The translations under genes and the position numbers were made by a program. From positions 28,095 through 92,094 of the forward strand of contig JAQBQH010000154.1 in the NCBI GenBank assembly GCA_028287105.1: a stretch of DNA of 64,000 bases. The letters run 5' to 3'. The notes beneath the pieces are model-generated. The model had not been told where the DNA came from. It did not search any database and worked only from the letters and a program-made list of their open reading frames with translations. Numbering within the stretch: position 1 is the first letter of the stretch; each line of letters starts with the position of its first letter. Positions 37,326-47,390 of the stretch are shown one piece after another. The DNA comes from Myxococcales bacterium (GTDB lineage Bacteria > Myxococcota_A > Polyangia > Palsa-1104).

Positions 37326-38960
37326 ATGGAAGCGTCCGACTACGTACGTATCTTCGACACGACCCTGCGCGACGGCGAGCAATCGCCGGGCGCCACCATG
37401 AACGCCGCCGAGAAGCTGGAGATCGCCCGTGCGCTCGCCCGGCTCGGCGTCGACATCATCGAGGCGGGATTTCCCGCGGCGTCACCGGATGATCTGGCAG
37501 CGGTGCGCAGCGTCGCCGAGCAGGTGGGCCGGAGCGATCGCGCGCCGGTCATCTGCGCGCTGGCGCGGGCGTCCGCCCACGACATCGACCTCGCGTGGGA
37601 AGGCGTGCGGCTGGCCATCCGGCCGCGCATCCACACCTTCATCGCCACGAGCGAGCTGCACATGCGCCACAAGCTGCGCATGTCGCGCGCCGAGGTGGTC
37701 GAGCGAGTACGCAAGACCGTACGTCACGCGCGCAACCTGTGCGACGACGTCGAGTTCAGCGCCGAGGACGCGGGGCGCAGCGACCACGAGTTCTTGTGGA
37801 CCGTCGTCGAGGCGGCCATCGAGGCCGGCGCCACCACCATCAACATCCCCGACACCGTCGGCTACACCGTCCCCGACGAGTTCGGGGCGCTCATCGCCGG
37901 GATCATCTCGCACGTTCCCAACGTCGACAAGGCGATCCTCTCGGTCCACTGCCACGACGATCTCGGGCTCGCCAACGCCAACACGCTCGCGGGCCTGAGG
38001 GCCGGTGCGCGCCAGGCGGAGGTGACCATCAACGGCATCGGCGAACGTGCCGGCAACTGCGCGCTCGAGGAGCTGGTGATGGGGCTGCATACGCGCTTCT
38101 GGCTGCATCGGTTGCGCTCGGGCATCGACACCACGCAGCTCGTGCGCACCTCGCGGCTGGTGGCGAGCGTGACGGGAATTCCGGTGCCGCCCAACAAGGC
38201 GGTCGTCGGCGCCAACGCGTTCGCGCACGAGTCGGGCATCCATCAGGACGGCATGATCAAGAACGCCGAGACCTACGAGATCATGTCGCCGGCGACGGTG
38301 GGCGCGGGCGCGACGCAGCTGGTGCTCGGCAAGCACTCGGGGCGGCACGCGTTCGCCAAGCGCCTCGGGGAGCTGGGGTACCTGCTCGAGGACGCGCAGC
38401 TCGACTCGGCGTTCGCGCGCTTCAAGCACACGGCCGAGCGCAAGAAGTCGGTCACCGATGCGGAGCTCGAGGCGCTCATCGCCGCCGAGCTGCCGGAGCG
38501 CGCCGATCTCTGGTCGCTCGAAGCGCTGCAGGTCGGCTGCGGGACGCTCAGCCTGGCGACGGCGTCGGTGCGGCTACGCGCGCCCGACGGCACGACCCGC
38601 GTCGCGGCGGCCGTCGGTACCGGGCCCGTCGATGCCGCTTACCGCGCCATCGATGATCTGGTGTGCCGTCCGGCGCAGCTGGTCGATTACAGCGTGCGCT
38701 CGGTGACGGGCGGGATCGACGCGCTCGCCGAAGTGTCGGTGCGCGTGGTGTCGAACGAGAACGCCACCGTGCGCCCGCTGCACCCGCAACATGACGCGCT
38801 GCCCGAGTCGTCGACGTGGCGTGGACACGGTGCCGATACCGACATCGTGGTGGCCAGCGTCAAGGCGTACCTGGCGGCGCTCAATCGCATGATGGCGGCG
38901 GCGGTCGCCTTTCGCGCAGTGGCGGCGGCCGTAGCCGTCGAGGAGGTCTCGAGTCGATGA
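37326..38960 (+). CDS. leuA: 2-isopropylmalate synthase
   Basis: [22 protein letters not shown], the [13 protein letters not shown] motif and a C-terminal LeuA regulatory domain. Confidence 0.9.
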   Translation: MEASDYVRIFDTTLRDGEQSPGATMNAAEKLEIARALARLGVDIIEAGFPAASPDDLAAVRSVAEQVGRSDRAPVICALARASAHDIDLAWEGVRLAIRPRIHTFIATSELHMRHKLRMSRAEVVERVRKTVRHARNLCDDVEFSAEDAGRSDHEFLWTVVEAAIEAGATTINIPDTVGYTVPDEFGALIAGIISHVPNVDKAILSVHCHDDLGLANANTLAGLRAGARQAEVTINGIGERAGNCALEELVMGLHTRFWLHRLRSGIDTTQLVRTSRLVASVTGIPVPPNKAVVGANAFAHESGIHQDGMIKNAETYEIMSPATVGAGATQLVLGKHSGRHAFAKRLGELGYLLEDAQLDSAFARFKHTAERKKSVTDAELEALIAAELPERADLWSLEALQVGCGTLSLATASVRLRAPDGTTRVAAAVGTGPVDAAYRAIDDLVCRPAQLVDYSVRSVTGGIDALAEVSVRVVSNENATVRPLHPQHDALPESSTWRGHGADTDIVVASVKAYLAALNRMMAAAVAFRAVAAAVAVEEVSSR

Positions 38961-40348
38961 AGTCCCCGACGTTGCCCCAAACACTATTCGACAAGATCTG
39001 GCAGGAGCACGTCGTCGCGCATGACGACGGCTGCCCGGCCGTCCTGTACGTCGATCTGCACCTCGTGCACGAGGTGACCTCGCCGCAGGCGTTCGCCGGA
39101 TTGCGGGCGCGCGGGCTCGGGCTGCGGCGGCCGGAGAAGACCGTCGCCACGATGGATCACTCGACGCCGACGACGCCGGGGCTCGTCATCGTCGACGACC
39201 AGGCGCGGGCGCAGCTGCAGCAGCTGGCCAAGAACTGCGTCGACTTCGGCGTGCAGTGCTACGGGCTCGACTCCGATCAGCGCGGCATCGTCCACGTGAT
39301 CGGACCCGAATTGGGGCTCACGCAGCCGGGCATGACCATCGTCTGCGGCGACAGCCACACCGCCACCCACGGCGCCTTCGGGGCGCTCGCGTTCGGCATC
39401 GGCTCGTCGGAGGTCGAGCATGTGCTGGCGACGCAGTGCCTCCTCCAGAAGCGGCCCACGTCGCTCGAGGTGCGCGTCGACGGCATGCTGCCGCGCGGCG
39501 TGACGGCCAAGGATCTGATCCTGGCGGTCATCGCGCGCATCGGCGTCGACGGCGGCAACGGCGCGGTCATCGAGTACACCGGAGACGCCATCCGCGCGCT
39601 CGACATGGAGGCGCGGATGACCGTGTGCAACATGTCGATCGAAGCGGGCGCGCGTGCGGGCCTCGTCGCGCCCGACGACACGACGTACCAGTACCTGGCC
39701 AAGCGGCAGTTCGCGCCCAAGGGCGCGGACTGGGAACGCGCGGTCGCCAACTGGCGGCAGCTCCCCAGTGACGAGGGCGCCGAGTATGACGTGAGCGTCG
39801 TCCTCGACGCGCAGGCGCTGCAGCCGATGATCACCTGGGGCACCAATCCCGGGCAGGGCATCCCGATCAACGACAACCTACCCGACGCGCGCTCGGGCGC
39901 CGAGGAGAAGGCGTTCAAGTACATGGCGCTCGAGCCGGGCAAGCCGCTCGTCGGCCATCCGATCGACGTCGTCTTTGTCGGGTCGTGCACCAACGGGCGC
40001 ATCGCCGATCTGCGGCAGGCAGCGCGCATCTTCGACGGACGTCGCGTCGCCACCGGCGTGCGCACGCTGGTGGTGCCGGGCTCGTACGCGGTCAAGCGGC
40101 AGGCCGAGGCCGAGGGTCTCGACCGCATCTTCCGCGACGCCGGCGCCGAGTGGCGCGAGCCGGGCTGCTCGATGTGCATCGCCATGAACGGCGATCAGAT
40201 CGAGGCCGGCCAGTACGCGGTGTCGACGTCGAATCGCAACTTCGAAGGACGGCAGGGGCGCGGCGGTCGCACCTTCCTCGCCTCACCGCTCACCGCCGCC
40301 GCCGCTGCCGTCACCGGCAAGGTCACCGATCCGAGGGCGCTCCTATGA
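38957..40348 (+). CDS. leuC: 3-isopropylmalate dehydratase large subunit
   Basis: AGGAGG RBS. ATGA overlap with leuA. Aconitase-family motifs VCGDSHT, GSCTNGR and CSMCIAMN. Confidence 0.9.
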   Translation: MKSPTLPQTLFDKIWQEHVVAHDDGCPAVLYVDLHLVHEVTSPQAFAGLRARGLGLRRPEKTVATMDHSTPTTPGLVIVDDQARAQLQQLAKNCVDFGVQCYGLDSDQRGIVHVIGPELGLTQPGMTIVCGDSHTATHGAFGALAFGIGSSEVEHVLATQCLLQKRPTSLEVRVDGMLPRGVTAKDLILAVIARIGVDGGNGAVIEYTGDAIRALDMEARMTVCNMSIEAGARAGLVAPDDTTYQYLAKRQFAPKGADWERAVANWRQLPSDEGAEYDVSVVLDAQALQPMITWGTNPGQGIPINDNLPDARSGAEEKAFKYMALEPGKPLVGHPIDVVFVGSCTNGRIADLRQAARIFDGRRVATGVRTLVVPGSYAVKRQAEAEGLDRIFRDAGAEWREPGCSMCIAMNGDQIEAGQYAVSTSNRNFEGRQGRGGRTFLASPLTAAAAAVTGKVTDPRALL

Positions 40349-40905
40349 AGAAGGTCGAGATCATCCGCTCGCGTCTGAACCCGCTGCTCGTCGACGACGT
40401 CGACACCGACCAGATCATTCCGGCGCGCTTTCTGAAGACGATCGGCCGCGTGGGGCTCGGTGCCAACCTCTTCGCCGATTGGCGCGGCGCGCGCTTCGAC
40501 GCTTCGTCCGACGCGCGCATCCTCCTGGCCGGAAACAACTTCGGCTGCGGCTCGTCACGCGAGCACGCGGTCTGGGCGCTGGCCGACTTCGGGTTCCAGG
40601 CGGTGATCGCACCGTCGTTCGCGGACATCTTCCAGGCCAACGCGCTCAAGAACGGCCTCGTGCCGGTGGCGGTCGAAGCTGCGGTGCACCGCCACCTCGT
40701 CGCCGCGCGCGCGCAGGATGCGGAGCTGACGGTGCGAATCGACGTGCGTAAGTCGACGCTGGTGTTGCCCGATCAGGAGGAGGTGCCGTTTCCTCTCGAT
40801 CCGTTCGCGCGCCGCTGCCTGACCGACGGCATCGACGAGCTGGACTATCTGCGACAGCACGAGGGCCAGATCGCCGAGTGGGAGGCGCGTCATGCTCGAG
40901 GTTGA
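40345..40905 (+). CDS. leuD: 3-isopropylmalate dehydratase small subunit
   Basis: ATGA overlap with leu[14 protein letters not shown] motif. Size is 186 aa. Confidence 0.9.
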   Translation: MKKVEIIRSRLNPLLVDDVDTDQIIPARFLKTIGRVGLGANLFADWRGARFDASSDARILLAGNNFGCGSSREHAVWALADFGFQAVIAPSFADIFQANALKNGLVPVAVEAAVHRHLVAARAQDAELTVRIDVRKSTLVLPDQEEVPFPLDPFARRCLTDGIDELDYLRQHEGQIAEWEARHARG

Positions 40906-42493
40906 GATCTTCGACACCACCTTGCGCGACGGCACGCAGCGCGAGGGGCTGTCGCTCTCGGCGGCGGACAAGATGCGCATCGCCGAGCGGCTCGATCAGC
41001 TCGGCGTGGCCTATATCGAGGGCGGCTGGCCGGGCTCGAACCCGAAGGACGTGGAGTTCTTCGCACGCGCGCGCGAACGGGCGTGGCAGCGGGCCGAGAT
41101 CGTCGCCTTCGGATCGACGCGGCGCGCCGACACGGCGGTCGAGAAGGACCCGGGGTTGCGCGCGCTCGTCGACGCCGGCACCAACGTCTGCGCGATCTTC
41201 GGCAAGAGCTGGACGCTTCACGTCGAGCGGGTGTTGCGCACCACACGCGACGAGAATCTGAAGATGATCGAAGAGAGCGTGCGCTTCTTGCGGCTGTCGG
41301 GCCGGCGCGTCATCTACGACGCCGAGCACTTCTTCGACGGCTGGCGCAACGACGCGGCCTATGCGCTGGCGACGCTGGCCGCGGCCGCGCGTGGCGGCGC
41401 CGAGACGGTCGTCTTGTGCGACACCAACGGCGGCTCCTTGCCGTGGGAGATCACCGAAGCGGTGCTGTCGGCGAAGGCGGCGCTGCCGGACGTGCGCCTC
41501 GGCATTCACGCGCACGACGACGCCGGCTGCGCGGTCGCCAACACGCTCGCGGCGGTGCGCGCGGGCGCCCGCCACGTGCAGGGGACGATCAACGGCTGGG
41601 GCGAGCGCTGCGGCAACGCCAACCTGTGCGCCGTGATGCCCGACCTCGAGCTGAAGCTGGGGATGCGCTGTCTGCCGACGGGGGCGCTGATGGAGCTCTG
41701 CGAGCTGTCGCGCTTCGTGTGCGACGTCGCCAACCTGATGCCCGACGATCACATGCCCTACGTCGGGCGCAGCGCGTTCGCGCACAAAGGCGGCGTGCAC
41801 GTGGCGGCGATGCGCCTGGCGCCCGGCGCCTACGAGCATGTCGAGCCGGCGCGCGTCGGCAACCAGACTCGCGCGGTGGTGAGCGAGCTCTCCGGTCGCG
41901 CGACGCTGTTGCAGAAGGCCGACGAGCACGGCGTGACGCTCGATGCGGCCGACGCGGCCATCTTGATCCGCAGCATCAAGGATCGCGAGGCGGACGGTTA
42001 CGCGTTCGAGTCGGCCGAGGCGTCGGTGGAGCTGATGATGCGACGGACGGCGGCCGACTACGTGGCGCCCTTCCGGCTCATCGGCTATCGCATCACCGTC
42101 GGACAGCAGCAGCACGAGCCGCCGGTCTCGGAGGCGACGCTCATGATCGACGTGGCCGGGCGCATCCTGCATACGGCGGCGACGGGCGACGGTCCGGTGC
42201 ATGCGCTGGACGGCGCGCTGCGCCGCGCGCTCGAGCCGGCCTTTCCGCAGATCGCGTCGATCCGGCTGGTCGACTACAAGGTGCGCATCGTCGACGGGCG
42301 CGACGGCACGGCGGCGACGACGCGCGTGCTGCTCGATGCCACCGACGGGACGCGGCGCTGGAGCACGCTGGGCGCGTCGCCCAACATCGTCGAGGCGTCG
42401 TGGCACGCGCTCGCCGATTCGATCGAGTGGGCAGTGGCGGCGCGACCGGCCGTGCAGGTGCGCTCGCTCGCGACGCCGGCGGTGGCGACGTGA
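40892..42493 (+). CDS. cimA: (R)-citramalate synthase-like LeuA-family enzyme
   Basis: [36 protein letters not shown] and a C-terminal LeuA_dimer-like domain. It is ~530 aa, shorter than LeuA and of the CimA type. It overlaps leuD by 14 nt and leuB by 4 nt (GTGA). Confidence 0.7.
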   Translation: MLEVEIFDTTLRDGTQREGLSLSAADKMRIAERLDQLGVAYIEGGWPGSNPKDVEFFARARERAWQRAEIVAFGSTRRADTAVEKDPGLRALVDAGTNVCAIFGKSWTLHVERVLRTTRDENLKMIEESVRFLRLSGRRVIYDAEHFFDGWRNDAAYALATLAAAARGGAETVVLCDTNGGSLPWEITEAVLSAKAALPDVRLGIHAHDDAGCAVANTLAAVRAGARHVQGTINGWGERCGNANLCAVMPDLELKLGMRCLPTGALMELCELSRFVCDVANLMPDDHMPYVGRSAFAHKGGVHVAAMRLAPGAYEHVEPARVGNQTRAVVSELSGRATLLQKADEHGVTLDAADAAILIRSIKDREADGYAFESAEASVELMMRRTAADYVAPFRLIGYRITVGQQQHEPPVSEATLMIDVAGRILHTAATGDGPVHALDGALRRALEPAFPQIASIRLVDYKVRIVDGRDGTAATTRVLLDATDGTRRWSTLGASPNIVEASWHALADSIEWAVAARPAVQVRSLATPAVAT

Positions 42494-43557
42494 GCGCGCA
42501 CGCGCATAGGATTGTCGTCCTCGGTGGCGACGGCATCGGGCCCGAGGTCTGCGCGGCGGCGCGCTCGGTGCTCGAGGCCGTCGCCGCCAAGGACAGCTTC
42601 ACGCTGACGTTCGAGGACAAACTGCTCGGCGGCTGCGCCATCGACGCGCACGGCACTGCGCTGCCCGACGATACGCTGGAGGCGTGCAAGCGCGCCGACG
42701 CGGTGCTGCTCGGCGCGGTCGGCGGTCCCAAGTGGGACGACCCGACGGCGAAGGTGCGACCGGAGCAGGGGCTGCTCGGCTTGCGGCGTGCGCTCGGGCT
42801 CTACGCGAACTTGAGGCCGGTGCGGCCGCATGCGGCGCTGGCCGACGTCTCGCCGCTCAAGGCCGACCGGCTCGCCGGGGTCGACATCATCGTCGTGCGC
42901 GAGCTGACCGGCGGCATCTACTTCGGCCAGCCGCGGCGGCGCGAGACCGTCGACGGCGTCGAGAAGGCCATCGACACGCTCGAGTACACCGACGTCGAGA
43001 TCCGGCGCGTCGTGCGGCTGGCGTTCCGGCTGGCGAGCGAGCGGAAGCAGCATGTCACGTCGATCGACAAGGCCAACGTGCTCGAGTCGTCGCGGCTGTG
43101 GCGCCAGGTGGCCACCGCCGTCGGCGCCGAATTCCCGTCGGTGAGCCTGGACCATCAGCTGGTCGATTCGGCGGCGATGCGGCTCATCACCGAGCCGGCG
43201 CGTTACGACGTCATCGTCACCGAGAACATGTTCGGCGACATCCTCACCGACGAGGCGGCGGTATTGGCCGGGTCGCTGGGGCTGTGCCCGTCGGCGTCGC
43301 TGGGAGATGGGCGCGCGGGTCTGTACGAGCCGATCCACGGCTCGGCGCCGGACATCGCCGGACGCGGCATCGCCAATCCGATCGGGACCATCGCCTCGGC
43401 GGCGATGCTGCTGCGCCATTCACTCGGCGCGCCGGCGTCGGCGGCGCGTATCGAGCGCGCGATCGATTCGGCGCTGGCCGATGGCCTGCGCACCAAGGAT
43501 ATCGGTGGCGGATTGGGGAGCGATGCGATGACGGAGGCGATCCTGAAGCGACTGTGA
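42490..43557 (+). CDS. leuB: 3-isopropylmalate dehydrogenase
   Basis: GTG start. RIVVLGGDGIGPEV and NMFGDILTDEAAVLAGSLGL motifs. Confidence 0.9.
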   Translation: MSAHAHRIVVLGGDGIGPEVCAAARSVLEAVAAKDSFTLTFEDKLLGGCAIDAHGTALPDDTLEACKRADAVLLGAVGGPKWDDPTAKVRPEQGLLGLRRALGLYANLRPVRPHAALADVSPLKADRLAGVDIIVVRELTGGIYFGQPRRRETVDGVEKAIDTLEYTDVEIRRVVRLAFRLASERKQHVTSIDKANVLESSRLWRQVATAVGAEFPSVSLDHQLVDSAAMRLITEPARYDVIVTENMFGDILTDEAAVLAGSLGLCPSASLGDGRAGLYEPIHGSAPDIAGRGIANPIGTIASAAMLLRHSLGAPASAARIERAIDSALADGLRTKDIGGGLGSDAMTEAILKRL

Positions 43558-43559
43558 TG

Positions 43560-44189
43560 CTACGAGCAGGGCCCCGGCGTGGTCACGTCAGCGGCGATCT
43601 TGCTGTGCACGCAGTGCGTGCTCGGGTCGGCGGCGGCGGCGCTGAGGTGATAGATGCGGCACTGGACGGTGTTGCCGCTGGTGTCGCCGGCCTTGCCGCC
43701 GGTCGGAATGCCGGTGCACTTGGTCATGCACATTGCCGCGTCGTAGACGGCGTTGGCGCCGGTGCAGTTCTTGGCCATGAGCTGGCAGTAGTTCTCGCAG
43801 TACGTCCCGCAGACGTTGCCGCCGGTGGGGCCGGCGTGCGGACAGTGGAGAACCGGATCGGCCGCGGCGGCGCCCGCGTGATAGGTGCGGCACGCGATGG
43901 TGTTGCCGCTGGTGGCGCCGGTGGTGCCGGCGGTCCATCCGGCCGAGGCGGTGCAATAGGTGTTGCAGGCCGCGGTGCTCGTGTATTGCACGTTGCCGCC
44001 GCCGCCGTCGCCCGAGGTGCAGTTCATGGCGATCTTGGCGCAATAGTCGGTGCAGGTCGGGCCGCCGCCGGTCGTCGCGAGATCGCGCGGCATCGACATG
44101 TCGCTGCCGCCACCGGTCGTTGTGTCATCGCCGCAACCGCCGGCGAGCATCATGGTGCCGAGCATTGCGAGCGCGAACGAAGTGCGCAT
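43560..44189 (-). CDS. Cys-rich lipoprotein with internal tandem domain duplication
   Basis: Lipobox MMLAGGCG. Two ~80-aa repeats each contain C..YC..NC...GNTxxCRxYHxxAAAADPxxHCxH. Confidence 0.55.
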   Translation of the reverse strand: MRTSFALAMLGTMMLAGGCGDDTTTGGGSDMSMPRDLATTGGGPTCTDYCAKIAMNCTSGDGGGGNVQYTSTAACNTYCTASAGWTAGTTGATSGNTIACRTYHAGAAAADPVLHCPHAGPTGGNVCGTYCENYCQLMAKNCTGANAVYDAAMCMTKCTGIPTGGKAGDTSGNTVQCRIYHLSAAAADPSTHCVHSKIAADVTTPGPCS

Positions 44190-44230
44190 ACGGCCTCCCC
44201 TTGGTTTGAACGAATAAGGGTCTCATCATA

Positions 44231-44426
44231 GATTCGGAGTGCCATGCGAGCCAGATTTCTCGCTATTGCCACCGCGGCAACGCCTGTTGCGCGCGCGGCA
44301 TGTTGCGGCGGCGTCGAATCCCGATAGAGTCGGAGTGGCATGCGAGCGAGAATGATCGGTATTGCCGTCGCGGCGTCAGCGATTGCGCTGGCGGCAGGTT
44401 GCGGCGGATCGTCGAATCCCGCGCCG
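44231..44426 (+). repeat. Imperfect ~95-nt direct duplication of the 5' end (RBS, start and signal peptide) of the downstream lipoprotein gene
   Basis: Copy 1 (44231-44324) encodes a truncated MRARFLAIATAATPVARAACCGGVESR*. Copy 2 (44328-44426) is the real gene start, with an 18-nt insertion relative to copy 1. Confidence 0.6.
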
Positions 44427-44771
44427 GCGGACATGTCGATGGCGGCGGACATGACGCTCATCATCAATGGCTGTCCGAGCTATCCGGATCCAGTCGCCAA
44501 GGCCGGCGACAACATCGGCGGCGACACGTACAACAGCTACGCCAAGGGCTTCTTCGCGATGTGGTGCACCCGCTGCCACTCGACGACGGCGACCAACCGG
44601 CAAGGCGCGCCCGCGGGCTACAACTGGGACGACGAAGCGTCGGTGCGCGCGCACCTGGCGATGATCCGCAACGCCGTCGGCGTGCAGAACTTCATGCCGT
44701 TCACGCCGCCCAATCCGGCGTGCGACGAGCGCCGACGGTTGGTGCGCTGGATCGACGCCGCCGCTCCGTAG
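44340..44771 (+). CDS. Small lipoprotein with a single CxxCH (c-type heme-binding-like) motif
   Basis: Lipobox ALAAGCG. The motif MWCTRCHS is present. Size is 143 aa. Confidence 0.5.
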   Translation: MRARMIGIAVAASAIALAAGCGGSSNPAPADMSMAADMTLIINGCPSYPDPVAKAGDNIGGDTYNSYAKGFFAMWCTRCHSTTATNRQGAPAGYNWDDEASVRAHLAMIRNAVGVQNFMPFTPPNPACDERRRLVRWIDAAAP

Positions 44772-45021
44772 ACAGGCGCGGCAAGGCGGTCGAGGGAGCC
44801 TGCGCGGGAGCGGGCGCGCTACGCCGGCGGCCCTACGGGCCGGCGGCACGTCCGCGCCCTCGGCTCGCCGCTGGCATCGCCCTGCGGGCGAGCGCGCCTC
44901 GACGTCCCGCTCGGCTCCCTCGACCGCCTCGCCGCTGCGTCTGGTCGCTCTGCTGTTTTGGAGGCTGGGCGTCGCGCGCCCAGGGGCGCGATGCGCCTTC
45001 GTCGGGGATATCATCGAGGCG

Positions 45022-45210
45022 ATGCGATTCACTTGGGGCGACTCGGTGCGAATCAAGGATGAAGCGCCTGCCGAGTTACGGCCGGGCGCGTTCGCTGCTG
45101 TTGTCGGGTTGCCCTTGAGCACCGATGCATCCGCTCGCTATATCGTCGAGTATGGCGACGGCTCGGATGCCCGGGTGCCCGAACACTTCTTGGAAGCCGC
45201 GCCGGGCTGA
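45022..45210 (+). CDS. Small hypothetical protein (62 aa), DUF4926-like small beta-barrel
   Basis: MRFTWGDSVRIKDEAPAELRPGAFAAVVGL...YIVEYGDGSDARVPEHFLEAAPG. Third-codon positions are noticeably A/T-richer than elsewhere in the window. Confidence 0.4.
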   Translation: MRFTWGDSVRIKDEAPAELRPGAFAAVVGLPLSTDASARYIVEYGDGSDARVPEHFLEAAPG

Positions 45211-45242
45211 CAGACTGTCTGAGGTTACATGAGGCCGGGCGG

Positions 45243-45557
45243 TCAGCGGGGATAGCCGGCTTGCCACTGCTCGCGCTCGAGCGCCGCGAGATCGCCGGTC
45301 GCGACGGCCTTCATCATGCGAATGACTTCGTTCCTCGCGACCGCGGGGAGGTGGCGGAGCGCGCCATCGGTTTCGACGTTCTCCCAGACGATGCTGCCGT
45401 TGGCGTACGCCGTCAGGGTCCATCCGGAGTCGTCGCTGACCGAGACGTCGAAGTGCTGGTCGTCCGCCGCGTCGAGCTCCGCGGCGAGCGCGGCGAGAGA
45501 CTCCAATGGAGGATTGTTCTTCATCGATCCGAGCCGATGCGTCACGACGTAACCCAT
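45243..45557 (-). CDS. Small hypothetical protein (~95 to 105 aa)
   Basis: Start MGYVVTHRLGSMKNNPPLESL...; alternative start MKNN at 45524. Convergent with the DUF4926-like ORF. Confidence 0.4.
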   Translation of the reverse strand: MGYVVTHRLGSMKNNPPLESLAALAAELDAADDQHFDVSVSDDSGWTLTAYANGSIVWENVETDGALRHLPAVARNEVIRMMKAVATGDLAALEREQWQAGYPR

Positions 45558-45703
45558 GCCTGACAGCGTACGCCGTCGCTTCGCGCGCCACCAGCCGTGT
45601 ACGCACGGTTCACGACGAGGTCGGTTTTCGTTCCTGGACCGCGTGTTTCCCGTCGCTACGCGACACACTGTACAACGCGTACGGGGTGCTTACGACCTCC
45701 TCG

Positions 45704-46312
45704 ATGCTGGCTGATCTGCGCGCCGATCTCCAACGCTACACCGGTCTCGTCAACGAGCCGATCAGCAAGCTGCGGCTGTGGCGCAGCCTGCTCGAGACCC
45801 AGGGCGTCTGGGCGCTGACGATGTATCGCTTCGGCCGCTGGGCCAACGACGAGGCACCCGTGCCGCTGCGCAAGCCGGCCAAGGCGGCGTACCTCGTCGG
45901 CTTCAAGCTCGTCGAGATCATGGCCGGCGTGTCGTTGCCGTCGCACGCGCGCATCGGCAAGGGGCTCTACATCGGCCACTTCGGCAACATCATCGTGCAC
46001 CCCGACACCGTCATGGGCGAGCGCTGCAGTCTGTCGCAGGGCGTCACCATCGGCGTCCTCGGCGGCGAGCGCCAGGGCGTGCCGCACTTCGGCAACGACG
46101 TCTACATCGGCGCCGGCGCCAAGATCCTCGGCGGCGTCACCGTCGGTGACGGCGCAGTCATCGGCGCCAACGCCGTCGTCATCCACGACGTGCCGGCAGG
46201 CGCCACCGCAGTCGGCGTTCCGGCGCGAAATATCATGAAAGAGACGGAAAAAGAAAAAGGCTCACAGCTCTCAGCTGTCAGCTCTCAGCCTGAAACCAGA
46301 ACCGGGACCTGA
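45704..46312 (+). CDS. Serine O-acetyltransferase-like hexapeptide-repeat acetyltransferase
   Basis: LADLRADLQRYTG...RLWRSLLETQGVWALTMYRFGRW followed by hexapeptide repeats (GKGLYIGHFGNIIVHPDTVMGERCSLSQGVTIG). Confidence 0.75.
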   Translation: MLADLRADLQRYTGLVNEPISKLRLWRSLLETQGVWALTMYRFGRWANDEAPVPLRKPAKAAYLVGFKLVEIMAGVSLPSHARIGKGLYIGHFGNIIVHPDTVMGERCSLSQGVTIGVLGGERQGVPHFGNDVYIGAGAKILGGVTVGDGAVIGANAVVIHDVPAGATAVGVPARNIMKETEKEKGSQLSAVSSQPETRTGT

Positions 46313-46334
46313 ATCAGGCTCGACTGGTATTGGC

Positions 46335-47390
46335 TTACCGATACCGCTTTTGCAGCTTGGCCAGCGTCGCGGCGCCCGGCACCAGCTCTTCGTACGGCAC
46401 CTCGGTGAGCGGCTTCTTCACCGTCTTGTTGTTGTCGTGCAGGTCCAGCGAATCGGGCGACACGTACAAGAGCCCGGTCACCACCTCGCCCGACTTGGCG
46501 CGCTCGCGCAGATACGAATAGGCGCGGTCCTTGTCGGTCGGGTCGTAGTTGCCGTCGATGCGGCGGAAGCGGATGACGCTGCCGTCGTGCAGCCGCACCT
46601 CGGGCGTCGAGCCCGCGTCGGCCGGCAGCGAGATCTCCTTGCGCAGCGGCACGAAGTCGACGTCGTCCACCTCGTGCAGATGCTCGCGCGTGTGCGCGTA
46701 GCTCTTGGTCGACCCGTCGTGATCGTTGAACGTCACGCACGGCGAGATGACGTCGACGAAGGCGAAGCCCTTGTGCTTGAGGCCCGCCTTCAAGATCGGC
46801 ACCAGCTGCTCTTTGTCGCCCGAGAAGCTGCGCGCCACGAACGTCGCGCCCAGCGTCAGCGCCAGCATCGCCCCGTCGATGGCCTCGAACGGATTGGCCT
46901 CGCCGCGCTTGGCCAACGAGCCGCGATCCGCCGACGCCGAAAACTGTCCCTTGGTCAGGCCATACACGCCGTTGTTCTCGAGAACGTAGAGCATGTTCAC
47001 GTTGCGGCGGATGATGTGGCACAGCTGCCCGAGGCCGATCGACAACGAGTCGCCGTCGCCGCTGATGCCGATGTACGTCAGATCCTGGTTGGCCGCGTTG
47101 GCCCCCGTCGCGATGGACGGCATGCGCCCGTGCACGCTGTTGAACCCGTGCGCGTTCTTCAGGAAGTAGGTCGGCGTCTTCGACGAGCAGCCGATGCCCG
47201 ACAGCTTGGCCACGCGATGCGGCTCGAGGTCGAGCTCCCAGAACGCGTGGATGAGCGCGCCCGTGACCGAGTCGTGCCCGCAGCCCGCGCACAGCGTCGA
47301 CATCGCGCCTTCGTAATCGCGCCGCGTCAGCCCAATCGCGTTCTTCTGCAGGCTGGGATGGTGAACCTTCGGCTTGGCGATGTAGGTCAC
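46335..47390 (-). CDS. korB: 2-oxoacid:ferredoxin oxidoreductase beta subunit (TPP-binding)
   Basis: GGGAGG RBS followed by a GTG start. CAGCGH, GIGCSS and GDGDSLSIG (TPP GDG) motifs. GTGA overlap with the korA stop. Confidence 0.85.
   Translation of the reverse strand: MTYIAKPKVHHPSLQKNAIGLTRRDYEGAMSTLCAGCGHDSVTGALIHAFWELDLEPHRVAKLSGIGCSSKTPTYFLKNAHGFNSVHGRMPSIATGANAANQDLTYIGISGDGDSLSIGLGQLCHIIRRNVNMLYVLENNGVYGLTKGQFSASADRGSLAKRGEANPFEAIDGAMLALTLGATFVARSFSGDKEQLVPILKAGLKHKGFAFVDVISPCVTFNDHDGSTKSYAHTREHLHEVDDVDFVPLRKEISLPADAGSTPEVRLHDGSVIRFRRIDGNYDPTDKDRAYSYLRERAKSGEVVTGLLYVSPDSLDLHDNNKTVKKPLTEVPYEELVPGAATLAKLQKRYR

Noticed and set aside
46255-46335. Small palindrome AGCTG-T-CAGCT within tctcagctgtcagctctcagcc at the 3' end of the acetyltransferase gene, as a possible terminator
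   Set aside because: The stem is only ~5 bp, it lacks a T-run, and it lies inside the coding region of the gene's Ser/Gln-rich tail. It was not called as a terminator.
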